A DNA stretch of 59,273 nt, filler included, from Bipalium vagum (lineage: Eukaryota), in the NCBI GenBank assembly GCA_037834085.1. It is 3 parts of 3 records of this genome, joined end to end, with 100 filler letters (N's around TTAATTAATTAA, not from the genome) between each part and the next. Parts side by side here need not be neighbours in the genome. Positions count along the whole stretch, not along the records: positions 1 to 27,162 come from JBBMKC010094788.1; positions 27,263 to 43,252 come from JBBMKC010134133.1; 1 more part is not named here. One strand, 5' to 3'. The position numbers and the translations under genes are program-made. Within the stretch, counting starts at the first letter, position 1. Each line of letters starts with the position of its first letter. Below, piece by piece: positions 26,535 through 39,720 of this stretch. The notes beneath the pieces were generated by a model. It worked only from the letters and a program-made list of their open reading frames with translations. It made no database searches and was not told where the DNA came from.

Positions 26535-26962
26535 GTAAATGTCGGTGTTGGACGGAGACACGGTTTTTTCTCCAGAAGAATTGAATTTTGTTTCCTTCTG
26601 TACACCGTTACGAAAAAGGCTTGCAGTTCTTGTTTAATTTTTTTAAAATGAAAATTTATACCAATAAACATCAAGTTGAAAATATAACATAAGTTGACAA
26701 TATTTGTTTCTCTTTGAACTTCTATTTTGGATTTGATATATTTCTATTAGGTCGTTGTTAAAGCAAACTTTGTGAAACATGTTTCGTAATTATACCAATT
26801 TTCTACAGTGTTCCAAAACGATAAATTAGCCAGTTTACATTCTTGAACAATCAGTACAAATCTTGTTTTCATTTCTTTAGTCTTATTCGTTTTTTTCAAT
26901 TAATTTTTCATCTTTAATAAATTTATTTTTCAAAAATTATCGTAATTTTTATCGATTTTTAG

Positions 26963-26989
26963 AAATGAAACAAGTTGAACTTCGTAAAG
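26963..26989 (+). CDS. RIM-like gene micro-exon (possible ATG at 26965)
   Basis: ttttag/gt flanks; MKQVELRK; phase 1 matches 27865; separated from it by a scaffold gap. Confidence 0.45.
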
Positions 26990-27162
26990 GTACAAGATGT
27001 AATTATAATGATATTTGTTTTAAGTTCTTGCTTTCATGTTATTAATATCATCTATCGACTTGTAATTTCAAATTTTACGATGTTTTTAATAATTTATTTT
27101 TATGACATCAAAAATCTGAATATTCAAACCAATTTTTCAAACCATTGAAAATCAATCATACT

Positions 27163-27262
27163 NNNNNNNNNNNNNNNNNNNNNNNNNNNNNNNNNNNNNN
27201 NNNNNNTTAATTAATTAANNNNNNNNNNNNNNNNNNNNNNNNNNNNNNNNNNNNNNNNNNNN
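27163..27262. other. assembly gap with artificial TTAATTAATTAA linker
   Basis: 44 N, linker, 44 N. Confidence 0.97.
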
Positions 27263-27864
27263 TAAAAGTATTAATTTTATTAATTTTATCATAATTGTAA
27301 TGATAATTTTTAGTAAGCATTAATAACTTAGATTAATTTAAAGTCTTTCCACTAGTGAAATATTAATTGTAAAAGGATTAATTATCTCATTTTATTTATT
27401 ATTCATTTTAATGTAAGAAACTTTTGCAGTATTGTTTAATTTGTTAATTTGAAAATTAATAATGAAGAATATTAAAAGGAAATGTCGAATTTTCTATTAA
27501 TTTTGAAATTTATTGGAGTATCGGATCAATTATCATCTTGTGTTATATATCCGTACATTTTCATAAATTATTATATTTATTTTTAAATATTTATTATATT
27601 TAATAATATGAAAATTTTACTTATATTTTTTCTGTTTTCTATTAGTTAATATATATTCAATTAATTAATTAATATTAAATATTGATTACAAATTATTGTA
27701 ATGTGTTGTGGGTATGCAGGTATCATTTGGAATTATTTTTCAAGTTTGATTTTATTTAATTACATATTTTTAAATCTAATGTAATATTTTTTAGAAATTA
27801 CCACATAAAACAATTAATCATATTTAATAATTAAAATATTATTATTACTTATTTTTAAATTTAG

Positions 27865-28371
27865 AAAATCAGAGTATTCCCGAAATCAAAAAGCAGCATA
27901 TTTTGTCCCCTGAAGCGATTGGTTCAATAAAACCTAGAGCTTCTGTTCAGGTACATAATAATAAATAAATAAAAATTTTATGTTGGGAATAATAAAGATA
28001 ACCATTTAACTTTAATGATTTTCTCTTCATTAAGATGAGACTTTATCATAATCCAATTGAAATGGAATTTATAGTGAATCTTCTTAGTGCCACAAATCTG
28101 GTTTCGACATTTAATTCAAACAATTCCTTTTTCGTTCAGTTAATTATTGGGTCAGAAAAAAGGTTTGTAATTCATAATAACCCATTCCTTTTTTATAAAT
28201 AAATAATTATTAAACAGAGAGTCAACAATTATATATGATACTATATCGCTTTATTGGGACCAGGACTTTCTTTTTAAGGACGTAACAGATCATTATTTGA
28301 AGTCAAACGATCTGGTAACAACAGTTTTTCATTTCGAGGAAATGTATAATAAATATGTTCCTTTAGCTGAA
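27865..28371 (+). CDS. RIM/Piccolo-like C2A domain exons 27865-27950, 28035-28162, 28218-28371
   Basis: Phase-compatible GT-AG introns; SVQMRLYHNPIEMEFIVNLLSATNL...LYWDQDFLFKDV...LVTTVFH...PLAE; no stops. Confidence 0.8.
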
Positions 28372-28789
28372 GTAAGATTATTATTATTATTATTTTTATT
28401 ATTATATTTAAATTTAAATTTTGTTTTTTTCTGATTAAGAAAATCAATAAATATTTTTTTAAAAAATTATTTGTGACTGCTAGAGAAAACGGGATAAGTT
28501 TCGTTAACCGAACGGTCCGGAAAACTTTGTTTAAATATTTCAATTTTAAATAAAATTTTAAACTTCTGAGTTTATTAAATAATGAGTGGGGCTTAAGCAA
28601 TATTTATTTAAATGATGAACTGTGTCTTAACAAATTTTTATATGACAATTTGTCAATATAATTTTCTACATCACTACAAAAAATTTTCCCTTTTTTCTCA
28701 ATTTTCGTTTAATTGAACTCCAAAAATAATTCTAGACTTTGGATAGGAATTTCAGAATTATCTGGCGATACAAATTTTTAACTGTTCTT

Positions 28790-29090
28790 GATATAATATC
28801 TACGGATTGGTCCAAATTATTATACATTTTCCAAATATCACTCATAAGCAAAAATTATACAGCTAAAAGTTGAGGAATTAGGCTGGGAAGTTGTTCTTCA
28901 TCCGCCATACAGGCCGGATGTCACCATCGAATTACTGTTTGTTTAGCTCCATGCAGTTCTATCTGACGGGGCAAAATTTTAAAAAATAAAGATGACATTG
29001 AAAATTGTCAAAACTTACTTTGACTTACAGCTCTCTGAATTCTACAACAAATGGGTTAATACCAGTGGCGAATACTTTATGGATTAAAAT
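28790..29090 (+). mobile_element. mariner 3' fragment
   Basis: ELGWEVVLHPPYRPDV, NYCLFSSMQ. Confidence 0.85.
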
Positions 29091-29369
29091 GATGTGTTCT
29101 TACTTTTACCGAGATTACCTCTCTCTTGATCTTATCGTAGTATCGTATGGCCATAAATTTAATTTTATAAATTAGATCTAAATTCATTTTGGTTTGATTT
29201 TACTCTTTATCTTTATCGGATCATTCAAATTGTACTCCTACTTGTTATTCGATCATTTAATTGTAATATTTTGGTTGGCAACGACGTAATTGTGGATTTT
29301 ATGTAACATAAGTTATGGAGAATTTTATACATTTTATTTCATTTTTTTTAATTAATATTTTTTATTATT

Positions 29370-29745
29370 TTCCTTCACGGCAATACACGACCTCAAACAT
29401 CTTTGGGCACTCTGTAAAAAAATGTACTGGGATGTGTTGTTACATTCACCGTACAGTCCAGATACGATACCAATAGATTTCTATTTATTTCCGCTGTTGC
29501 AGAATCCTTTGATCGGAAGTTAAATAATAAATCTTAAAAGTGTCGAACTATACATTAATCAGATTTTTAACGCTCTAGTTTTGAGGATTTTCAAAAAAAA
29601 GAATTATGAGTCTTTCCGAAAGATTGAAGAAGGTTGATCAAGAATAATAGACAATACTTTAGTTATTAAAAGTTCTTATTCTTTCTCAGATTTATCTTTA
29701 GTTTTATTTACAATAATCCGCAATTACTTAGTAGCCACCCCAATA
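29370..29745 (+). mobile_element. mariner 3' fragment with TIR
   Basis: WDVLLHSPYSPDTIPIDFYLF; end ...gccaccccaata. Confidence 0.85.
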
Positions 29746-30244
29746 CTTGTGCAGCTTGTATAATATAATAATTTCATTGTGACGAATAAATCTTCAAATG
29801 ATATTTTATTGTAAAAAATTACCTACAAGGTTTCATCTGTTGTTTTAATTTCACTGAATATTTACAAACATCACAGAATCATAATATGGCATTGTATGTA
29901 AAAAGGCATTTGTTCTGACTTTCAAGTCACAGGTAAATAACTTACAAAATTAAAGTGTCAATCATTGCAGAATTCAAGATTTTTTTCCTTTTCAAGAATG
30001 TGTTAAACAATACAAAAAGTTCCTCTATAGAGATGTTAAGTTAGATAAAAATTTTTAGTTACCTCGTGACGATTGGTTTTAATATTTATTTAGATTTAAA
30101 GCAGTTTTTAATGTTTATAATAAATTTGTCTAAAAACGTCCTGATCGACGAAAAATGATGGCCGGGTACTTTAAGTTCCTCATGAGTGTCAGATAACATT
30201 GAATGAAATTCTTAAAATAAAAAATTAAAATTGATTTATTAATT

Positions 30245-31248
30245 TTTACCTCATTATTGTTGACAAACCTTTTACCTTTAAGGAAGTGCTACAAAGATCG
30301 AAAAAGATAATAATCTGATGGCGAGATGTCAGGGCTATAAGCTGGATAAGGCATACTTCATAGCCAAACTCACGTTTGTTGTTAAGTAACTTTGTAGGTG
30401 TACGGCCTAGTGTTATCATGAAAGAGAATAACACCTTTTCTATTGACTAAATCTTAGCGGGTTTGTAAGAGTACATCTTCCAGTCGTTCCATTGTTGATA
30501 GTATCAATTTGAGTCAACGGTTTGGCCAAAATTCAATCAACTACCAATATACAATTCTCCTCCATTCGCACAGTACACACAACAAACACGCTTTTTCATG
30601 GATTGATCATCTTGCAGTTGGCATTAGTGTCTGTTCTGTAGAAACCCATTGACAATGACATCCACGGTTCTCATATAGAGATAGATTCACGCTTTACCGA
30701 AGTGACAATTTTTTTCTAAAATGGTTCTTGGGTATGTATTTTTTGATTTGTATTTAAAATTCTCAGCAACTCAACCTCATAAACGTCTGCTCATTTGATA
30801 AATTGTGGAATTCATATCCTAGTTTTGTATGACATTCCAATAATGGACGGTCTGTTCAGTACAGTGGAGATTTGAAGTCATTTTTGCAACGGGATTCAAT
30901 TCGGCCAATTATCTTAGCTTCACTATTCAGAATCCACGGTCGTCCAGTTTTTGAGAAGTCTGTCAAACTTTTACCTGAAATGATTGAACCATATATTGGA
31001 TTGGGTTTCACTCAATCAACTTCTCTCTTAAATTGCTTTTTATCCTTTGATAAGAACTCTTGCATTAGAGCTTTGGTTAAATCCATATATTAGACTTGTA
31101 TTTACCAATTATATTATTTAAACAAATAATAGATTAAATATCCACCTTATAATTAAATCTAATTTTATTTATAAGCAACCAATTTAATATTAGAGTGCAA
31201 TTAAGACGGAACTTGCAAAATCGCCGGTTTCTTTTCGGGCACCAAATA
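30245..31248 (-). mobile_element. decayed mariner element
   Basis: Minus-strand KTGRPWI, VCCVYCANGG, HDNTRPY and SLSSL*P*HLAI motifs; TIR at about 31215-31248. Confidence 0.85.
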
Positions 31249-31730
31249 ATTGATATTGGTACTAGACAGGTTGAAAGAATTAGGTCAGAGCAGAAGATTG
31301 GTGTTTCTATTGCTGATGTGATAGCACAGTTATCGGAGTGGAGAAATGAGCTGCAGGAAAAATGACTTAGAGATGCAGTTTGAGATTTGACTTTTGTTTC
31401 AATAAATACTTTTTAAAATTGTAACCTGATTTGTTAATAAGCATATAACTATTATGAAAATTTATTATTATTTAAACATAATTTATGGTGAAAGAGGTGA
31501 CAAATTTTCTTAGGAATGTTGAATAATATAATCTGAAAGTATCAATCAAAAATACTTACCCAACCTCACCAAAGAGATCGCGTAATCTGGAGACAATTAT
31601 TTTATCCCGCATAATTATATTTTAAACGGATAAGTTTATTCACGATTAAGATTTTATTTTTTCAATTTGTATATAATCGATAGTTTTGATAGAATAATAC
31701 AATATCCATAATATTTATTGTGCAATTTAG

Positions 31731-32275
31731 GTAATTATTGATCTGAGCAAGGCTGATGTCTCTAACAGACTTTTTAGTTATCCTCTCACTTTGTATTACA
31801 ACTTTATGGATAAGGATATTGATACTCCAACGCCGGTTTAATAATTATTATATGCTTAACATTAATAATTATCTGTTATCATTTTCAGATTTATAGATCT
31901 TCAGCCGACTCAAGCGTCCACTCATTATCAAGTGCGTAGAGTTTTATTTCCTATAAAAATTAATCTGATTATTTATTTTATAAATTCATCATATTATATT
32001 ACATTATATATAATGCTTTTTGATTGTTATTGTTGAAGTAGATATCGTGTAATCGCTTTGATCGCAAATGAAATTTTATTTATATTTATTGTTGAACATT
32101 GAAATAAAACCAGGACATTATTTTAAGACAAAGTTAACACGTTTTTTCAAGCCTTTGTTTATCTTCTTAAACATTGTTTTATATTTAGCTTATAATAAAG
32201 AAAGATCCACAATCAGTCCACCGCCTATTCCCGAAAGAAGAAGTCCTAAGAACAAATCTTTTAATAATAATTTAG
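31731..32275 (+). CDS. RIM-like gene exons 31731-31835, 31889-31931, 32189-32275 (C2 end and Pro/Ser-rich linker)
   Basis: LAE|VIIDLSKADVSNRLFSYPL completes the C2 domain; SPPPIPERRSP; phases consistent. Confidence 0.78.
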
Positions 32276-32739
32276 GTTAGGATGATATTTATTAATAAAC
32301 ATTATGAACTTTCACAAATTCATGCTGTATATGATAAATGTTTTTATTTTTTAAATATTTGTGTTACTTATTAATGCATTTTAGAATTTTTAGAAATTAT
32401 TCTAATCATAAGAGAAAAAAGTTAAAATAAATTAATCTAAATTTTAAAGAGTAAGGCATAATTATTAATAATTTCTATCTGTACAGTAGAGACCATTCAT
32501 TGTAAGCACATGTAATGTTATCATTTTCTGCAAGTTCCAAATCACTCGTATTAACTTACTGTGTTAAAATTTTTTTATTATTGTCACGGTTAATGTTATC
32601 ATTCGGAAAATATCATCAAATTTGTATCAAAATTAAAAATATCTAAATTCAAAGACTGTGTAAGAAAGTCGTTGATTATAATCACTTTAATTTGATTTGA
32701 GTTAATGTAATTTATAAAACTGGTTAATTTTTTATTCAA

Positions 32740-34697
32740 TTTAAAATGGCACAAATATGAAGGCAAGAAAAGATTTAAATTTCAAAGAAAAGCTTTAAAT
32801 CTTAGAAAATTATTTTAAATTGCAAAAAATGGGACAACGTGCTGCAGGTGAAATATTGAAAATTTCACGGTCAGGTTAACCAAAAAAACTAAAGATGCAG
32901 AATTAGAAAATCTTAGATAATATTAGATAACACGCAAATACAAAAACAAATTGCTACGAAACTTGGTGTGTCTCAACCCGCCTTTTCCAACTGACTATAC
33001 GGTATGGGGAAAATTCAAGTCGAAGCAAAATGGGTGCCGCATGAATTGAATGAAAGAAGTATGGAAAAACGAAAAACAACCTGTGAAATTGTAATAGAAA
33101 GATACCGAAGAAAGTCGTTTCTGCATCGTATTGTTATTGGGTTGTCCGTAAAGTTCGTTCCGAATTTTAATTAGAAATTAAAAAGTAAGACAATACAATT
33201 TTAAATATATTTATTAAAATACATATGTTCCATTTTGTTCCATAACCTTTTTCCATCTATCAGGCAAGTTGAAGATTCCATCTTTCCAGAATTTCTTAGA
33301 TTTTTCATCGAAAATATTCTCCAAGTGACTTTTGATATGGTCCAAGGAGATAAAGTTTTTTCCATTAAGTGAATTTTGCAATAACCTGAATAAATGAAAA
33401 TAGGTGGGTGAAAAGATCTGGTGAATATGACGGATGGGGTAGCATTTCCCAACCCAGCTTCAAACACTTTTCTTTGGTGGTCAAAGACACATGCAGACAC
33501 GCATTATCTTGATGAAACAATACTCCCTTATAAATGATTCATTTCTCATCTCCTGTCACCAATTGCTTCAAAAATTGTGTTACTTTGTTGCGTTTATAAT
33601 TTAAGTCGCAGATGTTAATGCGATTCATCAGATTATTTTCACTTAAAACATGTGGAATCCATACATCTAAACGATTAATAATAAAGCTTCAATAAATGGT
33701 GAATTGTTTATGGTGAATTTTGGGATCACTAATATTTTTTCTAATTCACGTTTGACATGGTGAAAATTTTTCTCAAGAAGAGCAGTAATTTGTTCATAAT
33801 CAGCGGTTCTCGGTCTAGTTTCCGGTAGTAGAAGAACATTAAATGGCGAAAATGTATATTATTTGTATTCACCTTTGAAATTGGTCAATACTTTAGTAGA
33901 ATATTTAAACAAATACATTTTCATATTTAATAAAAAAACATCTTTTACCATTCAGAATATATATACTTTAACTGTTTTCTATCTATCTATTATAATAAAA
34001 ACTGTTTTAATTATGTATATTAAAAAACGGAACGAACTTTCCGGACAACCCAATACAAGTAATGAACAATGGATATATTTTGATAATCCAAAACGAAGAA
34101 ATCATTGATTGATTCATGCCAACCACCAACTTCGACTGCCAATCAAAATATTCATTCGAAGAATGCTTGGCTGTGTATCTGGTGGGAAGAGAAAGGTGTC
34201 TTCTTCTATGAGTTATTAAACAATGGTGAAACGATCAATGCCAATCGTTATAAACAACAATTGATTCAAATGAACATGACATTGAAGCAGAAACGACCAG
34301 ACTGGGACAAGAAACGTGAGAAAGTTATTTTGTCACATGACAATGCTCGACCTCATATAGCAAATTCAATAAAGGATACGTGTAAAGAACTTGAATAGGA
34401 AGTCTTACGTCATCTGCCATATTCGCCATCTGATTTCCATTTATTCAGATCGATATTCACATGGACTGTCGGAATGAAGCTTTTTTTTTTTTTGAAATCA
34501 TCTTTTGGCTCGATGAATGGATTTTGTCTAAAGAAGAAAATTTCTTTTACAATGGCATTCACAAGTTACCTGAAATTTAGACCAATGTGGTATAGCTAAC
34601 GATGGGAAACATGTCTAATATAATTGTGTTCTGTCTTTAAAAAAATGCATTTTGTTATTTAAGAAGAATTCCGCAGAATTAACTGCTGCACTGAATA
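32740..34697 (+). mobile_element. decayed mariner element hosting a nested insertion
   Basis: KWVPHELNE, FLHRIVT|SNEQWIYFDNP, LCIWWEEKGV, ILSHDNARPH. Confidence 0.9.
33137..34053 (-). mobile_element. mariner element nested in another mariner
   Basis: TIRs ttgggttgtccgtaaagttcgttccg / cggaacgaactttccggacaacccaa with TA duplication at 33135-36 and 34054-55. Confidence 0.92.
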
Positions 34698-36079
34698 AAA
34701 TACCAAATAAAATGCTTACCATTTAGATTTCTTTAAGTGAATCTATAAATTACGAAAATAAACCAAAAAATATTTATATTAATGTGTTCTTGTCTCTTTA
34801 ACGTTCAAATCAAACCATTGTATTCACCGAACCCATTTTGAGAATGAGAATCTTTGAAATTTAAAATAAAAGAGGAATAATAAATTTTTGTGAAATCATA
34901 TATTTATATTATTTATTTTACGTTTTTCTTTTTTTTTAATTTTTAATAAATTATAAAAATATTTTGCTTTTTTTCAGTAGAAGATGAAGTTTTGATTGCT
35001 ATTGTTCTGATTTGTAAAGTATTCTTTGAAAAAATTATTCACATTTTCATAACTCTGCTCAGTTTTTGCTCAGCTACATTTGATCAGAGAGATTAAAGTC
35101 AATCGTTTCCATTAATCCCGATCTCAAATAATTATTTTTTCATATCAAGAATTCAAGTGAAAGTTAAAAATAGTTTAAGCTTTGAAAATAAAAGATAAAT
35201 GGAAGTTCATTTGATTTTCTTTTAATTTAATGATTTTAGAATGATTTAATTGGGAAAATCAACAAATTTCCATTTCAGAGTGAATTAAAATCGTTTTGAA
35301 AAAAATTTAAAAATAACTATTGTAACGTTTCATCTTCAAAAAGACAGTTAAAAACACTCGGTCCAAAATAGAATTGATAGTATAGATTTTTGATTTTTTG
35401 AAGAAATTAAGAAATGAAAAGCAGTCATTATCAGTGAGCAACCGTTAGGGCTCAGACGATAACTCGGGAGTTTTAGCGGTAGATAAACCGTAAGACTTTT
35501 CCATTTTCTTTTATCTTTATTTATTTTTTTGTTAAAGTAATTATTAATATTGATTAATTTAGTGTACGAGTAATATTTTGTTTTAATTTAATTTTGGTTT
35601 AAACATATTTTAATTGACTTTTTATTTGACATTACTGTTTGATATTAGAAGTAATTATTATTCTATTAAGTCACTATATTCGATTAATTCTATTTTTTTA
35701 CTTTATTGTTGTTTGGTTGTATTTTATTATGAGAAGTAGATTGATTGGAAAGTTTGTGAAACATTTCAGACTTTAATTGTGATCCCAGACTTTGATTATC
35801 ATTCTGTATTTGGTGATTGTGTGGTATAAATACAAATTTAGGCTTTACTGATTGTTATTATTTACACCACCTAAGAGTTGGAGTCAGGTTTAAATTTAAC
35901 ACACTAAATAGTGAACAATATGAATCTTGGTCCGTGTGAACAATGAACATTAATTAGTTGAACATAAGTAAAGTTTCCATATTTTATTTATTTAAAAAAA
36001 CCTGGTCCATATAAACAATATTTATTTTGTTTAAATAATAAATATCATCCGCCTATTATGAATAAATGCAAAATATGAG

Positions 36080-36520
36080 TCAAAAAAAGAAAAGAAGATA
36101 TTAACATATAAATATAAAAATAAATATTCATCGAAAAGAGACGTAAGCTAATAGAATTATTTGATAATGATGAAGGTTTTTCTCAACACTTTCTTAGATA
36201 AAAATACAATCTTCCATTAGATGTACAGACTCTTAAAATCTTAAGATTCACTTTTTGCATCTGTATTAAATACCCAAAATACAAGAAAATCACATTTGTG
36301 TAGAGGACATGAAATTGATATATGAGTGCTTATAGACATAATATAAAGAAATTTTATCATCAGTGGCGTTAAATTATAACAAAAGGCAGTATAATTGGCT
36401 GAGTGCTTAGGAAATCGAGATTTCAAAACTTCAATTGATGACTTAATTCTTTTCTTTTAAGACATGTTATCATCCAAAAGAATTAATGGTGATACTAAAA
36501 TTGCGGACGAATCTCATGTT
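36080..36520 (+). mobile_element. pogo/Tigger CENP-B HTH fragment
   Basis: ISGVKL*QKAV*LAECLGNRDFKTS...KRINGD. Confidence 0.7.
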
Positions 36521-37730
36521 TAATTTTTAAGATTCTTATATGTCAAAGTTGTAGGAATAGTAATAATAATAATATTATCATGTTAATATTTAGTCTGATA
36601 TATAATAATACAAATTAATAATCACAAATATTTTAAAGGTTCTCAGGGAACATTTTATATTAAAATATCTATTTTGAAGTAATTTAGATCAGAAATGTCT
36701 TCAGCTTTTCCAGACTTGAATTTGTGGATTATCATTAACGTTTTATTACCTTTTCCTCCATTATAAAATGCCAAATTTGACAGTTTGAAATAAAAACATT
36801 CCAATATTATTTATAAAGTCTATTTTATGACTTGATCCTTTATATTTTATTGTTTTTATTGATACACAATTGAGAGCTCTGTATGCCGTAAATTAATGCC
36901 AATTTTTGGATATTTCCTTTTTTGTGGCTTTTATTATTCAAATATGACAGCTCTATCTAATTATCAATCTCTTTTTGAATTATTATTGTTATCATTATTA
37001 TTAAGCTGGAATTACTATTAATATTTTCTTGGTATTATTTTATTATTAATTATAACCATTTATTTTTGTTTTTGTAAGAATATTATTAAAAATAATTTTT
37101 AATGTTTATAAGAGATTTTTAATTAATGTTTTAATTAAAAATCCTAAAAACTTAAACAAGGGATTAAATGTTTAGAATATATAAGGAACTTTTTAAAAAT
37201 GTAATTAAAATATAAAATATTTAGAAAATTCAGATAACAATTTAGAAAAAAAACTAGCTATTTTGTTTAAACATTATAAATTTAAATAGTGTATTCGTAT
37301 TGGATAACCTTCATTATGGTTGAATTATTATTACTATCATTTATGAATTTTATTTATAAATATTATTTTAATTTTTATTAATTATTGTTATAATTTTATT
37401 GCTAATTATTATTATATTTTATATTAATAATTATATTTTATATTAATAATTATAATTTTTAATAAATCGCTAATATTATAATTTTTAATTATTATTAGTA
37501 TTATTATAATTTTTATTAATAATTATTATTTACACATTAAATCGAGGAAGTGTTAAAACAAGGCAACCACTTTTATCCAAAGATTACAGATAAGATTAAA
37601 AAAATGAAAATATTATTAATTATATTTTTATGTGGAAAGCCATAAATGAAATATTAAGAACATTTATTATATTTTAATTATGTTAATGTTAACTCTTTTC
37701 CATAAACGAAAATAAACTTCCCCATTACAG

Positions 37731-37952
37731 CTCCGGATTTCAAAGGCTTAAGCAATTTGCATATTTATTGCGATTCTCCGGTTCCAGCGCATGAATTTCG
37801 CAATTGTTATCCGAGATACGATTCTCCAAACAGTGTTGAGTCCAGGAAAGAATTCAGTCCAATTTTTCTGGACCATAACTTTCAAACTCGGAAATCGTCA
37901 ATGCAGTTATTTAAGTCGCCCATAAATAATTGCTTTGGTTATCAATCATCAA
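37731..37952 (+). CDS. low-complexity exon, probably of the RIM-like gene
   Basis: cag acceptor, gt donor, open frame, phase 1-1 matching 32275 and 41225. Confidence 0.7.
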
Positions 37953-39169
37953 GTAATCTATTATTAAAAATAGATAAATACTACTTCAATGTTTGCTATA
38001 AAAGCATGGTTACAAAAATTGTTATAATTTGTCCACATAAACTTTTCTATTGAAAAAAAAAATTTTAATTGCGGTCATCTAGTATCTCTATCTAAGTCTA
38101 TGTAGTCATATTTTTGGCAGACATTTTATTAAGAAATACGACTTTAGAAAACCTGTGGAGATCAATGATGATGGAGAGATATGTTTCAAATTAATAACAT
38201 ACTATATTATTAATTGTTTAATGCACTTAATAGCAAAAGAGAAATTGAAAACTAAAAATAAACAGTACTTCTGAAAAATATTTTATTTCAAGAAATTCGG
38301 ATCTATTTAATTTCACACTCCCTACAATACTCCCTAATATACTGCAATAACATTTAACTAAAAATGGATATCCTGATGGGTCCTCAATGAATGAAAGAAT
38401 CGAATCAATAGAGATAACAGTGCACTCAATTGGCCATTTACTTAAACAGATTGCAGAAGAGATAAAAGAGAGCTAAAATTCCAGAGAACTACATATACTG
38501 CCAAAGCCACGACGATTTGCTAAAGCGAATGATTTTGATCTTTTATTTTGAATAAATATTTTCTTGTAAAAGAGAAAAAGAAAACTAAAAATAATCAGTA
38601 CTTTTGAAAATCGGATCTATTTAATTTCACACTCTGAAAATATAATATACTACAATAAAGTTAATGCTACAATCATAAAATGGTAATTAAATTCAAATCT
38701 CAGCAAAAAATTGTCTGTCATCAAATCTTGCCACAAAAAGTCGGTTAAAAATCTTCCTCTTGTTATATGGGTCGACAAAATTGTACTTATGACAAACAAA
38801 ACGATGATCAAGCACTGGAATACTTCTTAAGGCCTATAGATTATTTTAGAGCCTCGTCCGAATTTATCTATGAATCTAGAAGAACGACTTGTATTAATAA
38901 ATAGCGGAAGTTTTTATCGATTTTTACTTTCATTTCAATTAAACAACATAAACATAACTGCTGATCTCTGATTGACTTTTGGTTTTCTAATCAATGGTAA
39001 AATTCATCATTAGTAAATAAAAATAGTTTTCCTAAGAAATTTGCATCCATTTTTTCAGTTAATAGAATATTAAGCGAATAAACAAAATCAGAATATTGAA
39101 TAGATCCAAAAATTCCATTAAGTGACATATAGATCAATTAAAATTAGTAATATATTATCTAAAGCTTTT

Positions 39170-39720
39170 CAGCCGATTTTAGTAATATGAAAAACGTAAG
39201 AATAATAAGACATTTCCAAACCGTTATTAAACTGCACATGCATCATATTGGTCGACGATGTTTTGATATTTCTTTGATAAATCTAGAATTTAGTCACTGT
39301 AGAATCTCTGTGGCTTTTCGCTGAAAAACTGAGATAAGTGGTTTTTTTGTGTTCTCCTTTGAATTCAATTTAACACCATCAAGGAAGTTCTGGAGTGAAC
39401 GAAACAAATAATAGCCTGATGGTGCAATATCAGGACTATATGAAAGTTTAAATGGTTTGATGATGAATATCAAGGTTTTCTGCGTTTTCACGGGTGACAA
39501 TATTTCTGTCTTCCTCCACCTTCTGAATGATTTAATCGACTCTTTGGCATGTTAACCGGCCAGAATGATGTACATCTTTGACGTTGAAATTTCCTGAAAT
39601 ATTTTAAATAATAAAATATAAATATCTGTAGTCGTTTCTCGCAGCCTATTCACAAAATCGGCGAAACTTGTTAGTTTTATTCATTTTTTAAAGTTTCCCA
39701 CATTCCAAAATATGGAAAGC
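39170..39720 (-). mobile_element. internally deleted mariner
   Basis: GNFNVKDVHHSGR and YSPDIAPSGYYLFRSLQNFLDG. Confidence 0.88.

Noticed and set aside
26751-26800. RC*SKLCETC as the RIM zinc finger
   Set aside because: Lies downstream of the PDZ-like segment (wrong order) and its phase does not match the next exon.
27207-27218. TTAATTAATTAA between N runs (also 43297-43308)
   Set aside because: Artificial contig linker with stops in all frames; it also means gene models crossing these points are less certain.
34979-35157. Candidate IQSEC exon LLSFCSATFDQRD*
   Set aside because: The minus strand reads SYENVNNFFKEYF, like a mariner C-terminus; more likely a fossil.
39515-39592. Minus-strand exon-like segment with a stop
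   Set aside because: Another frame is clearly mariner HTH sequence.
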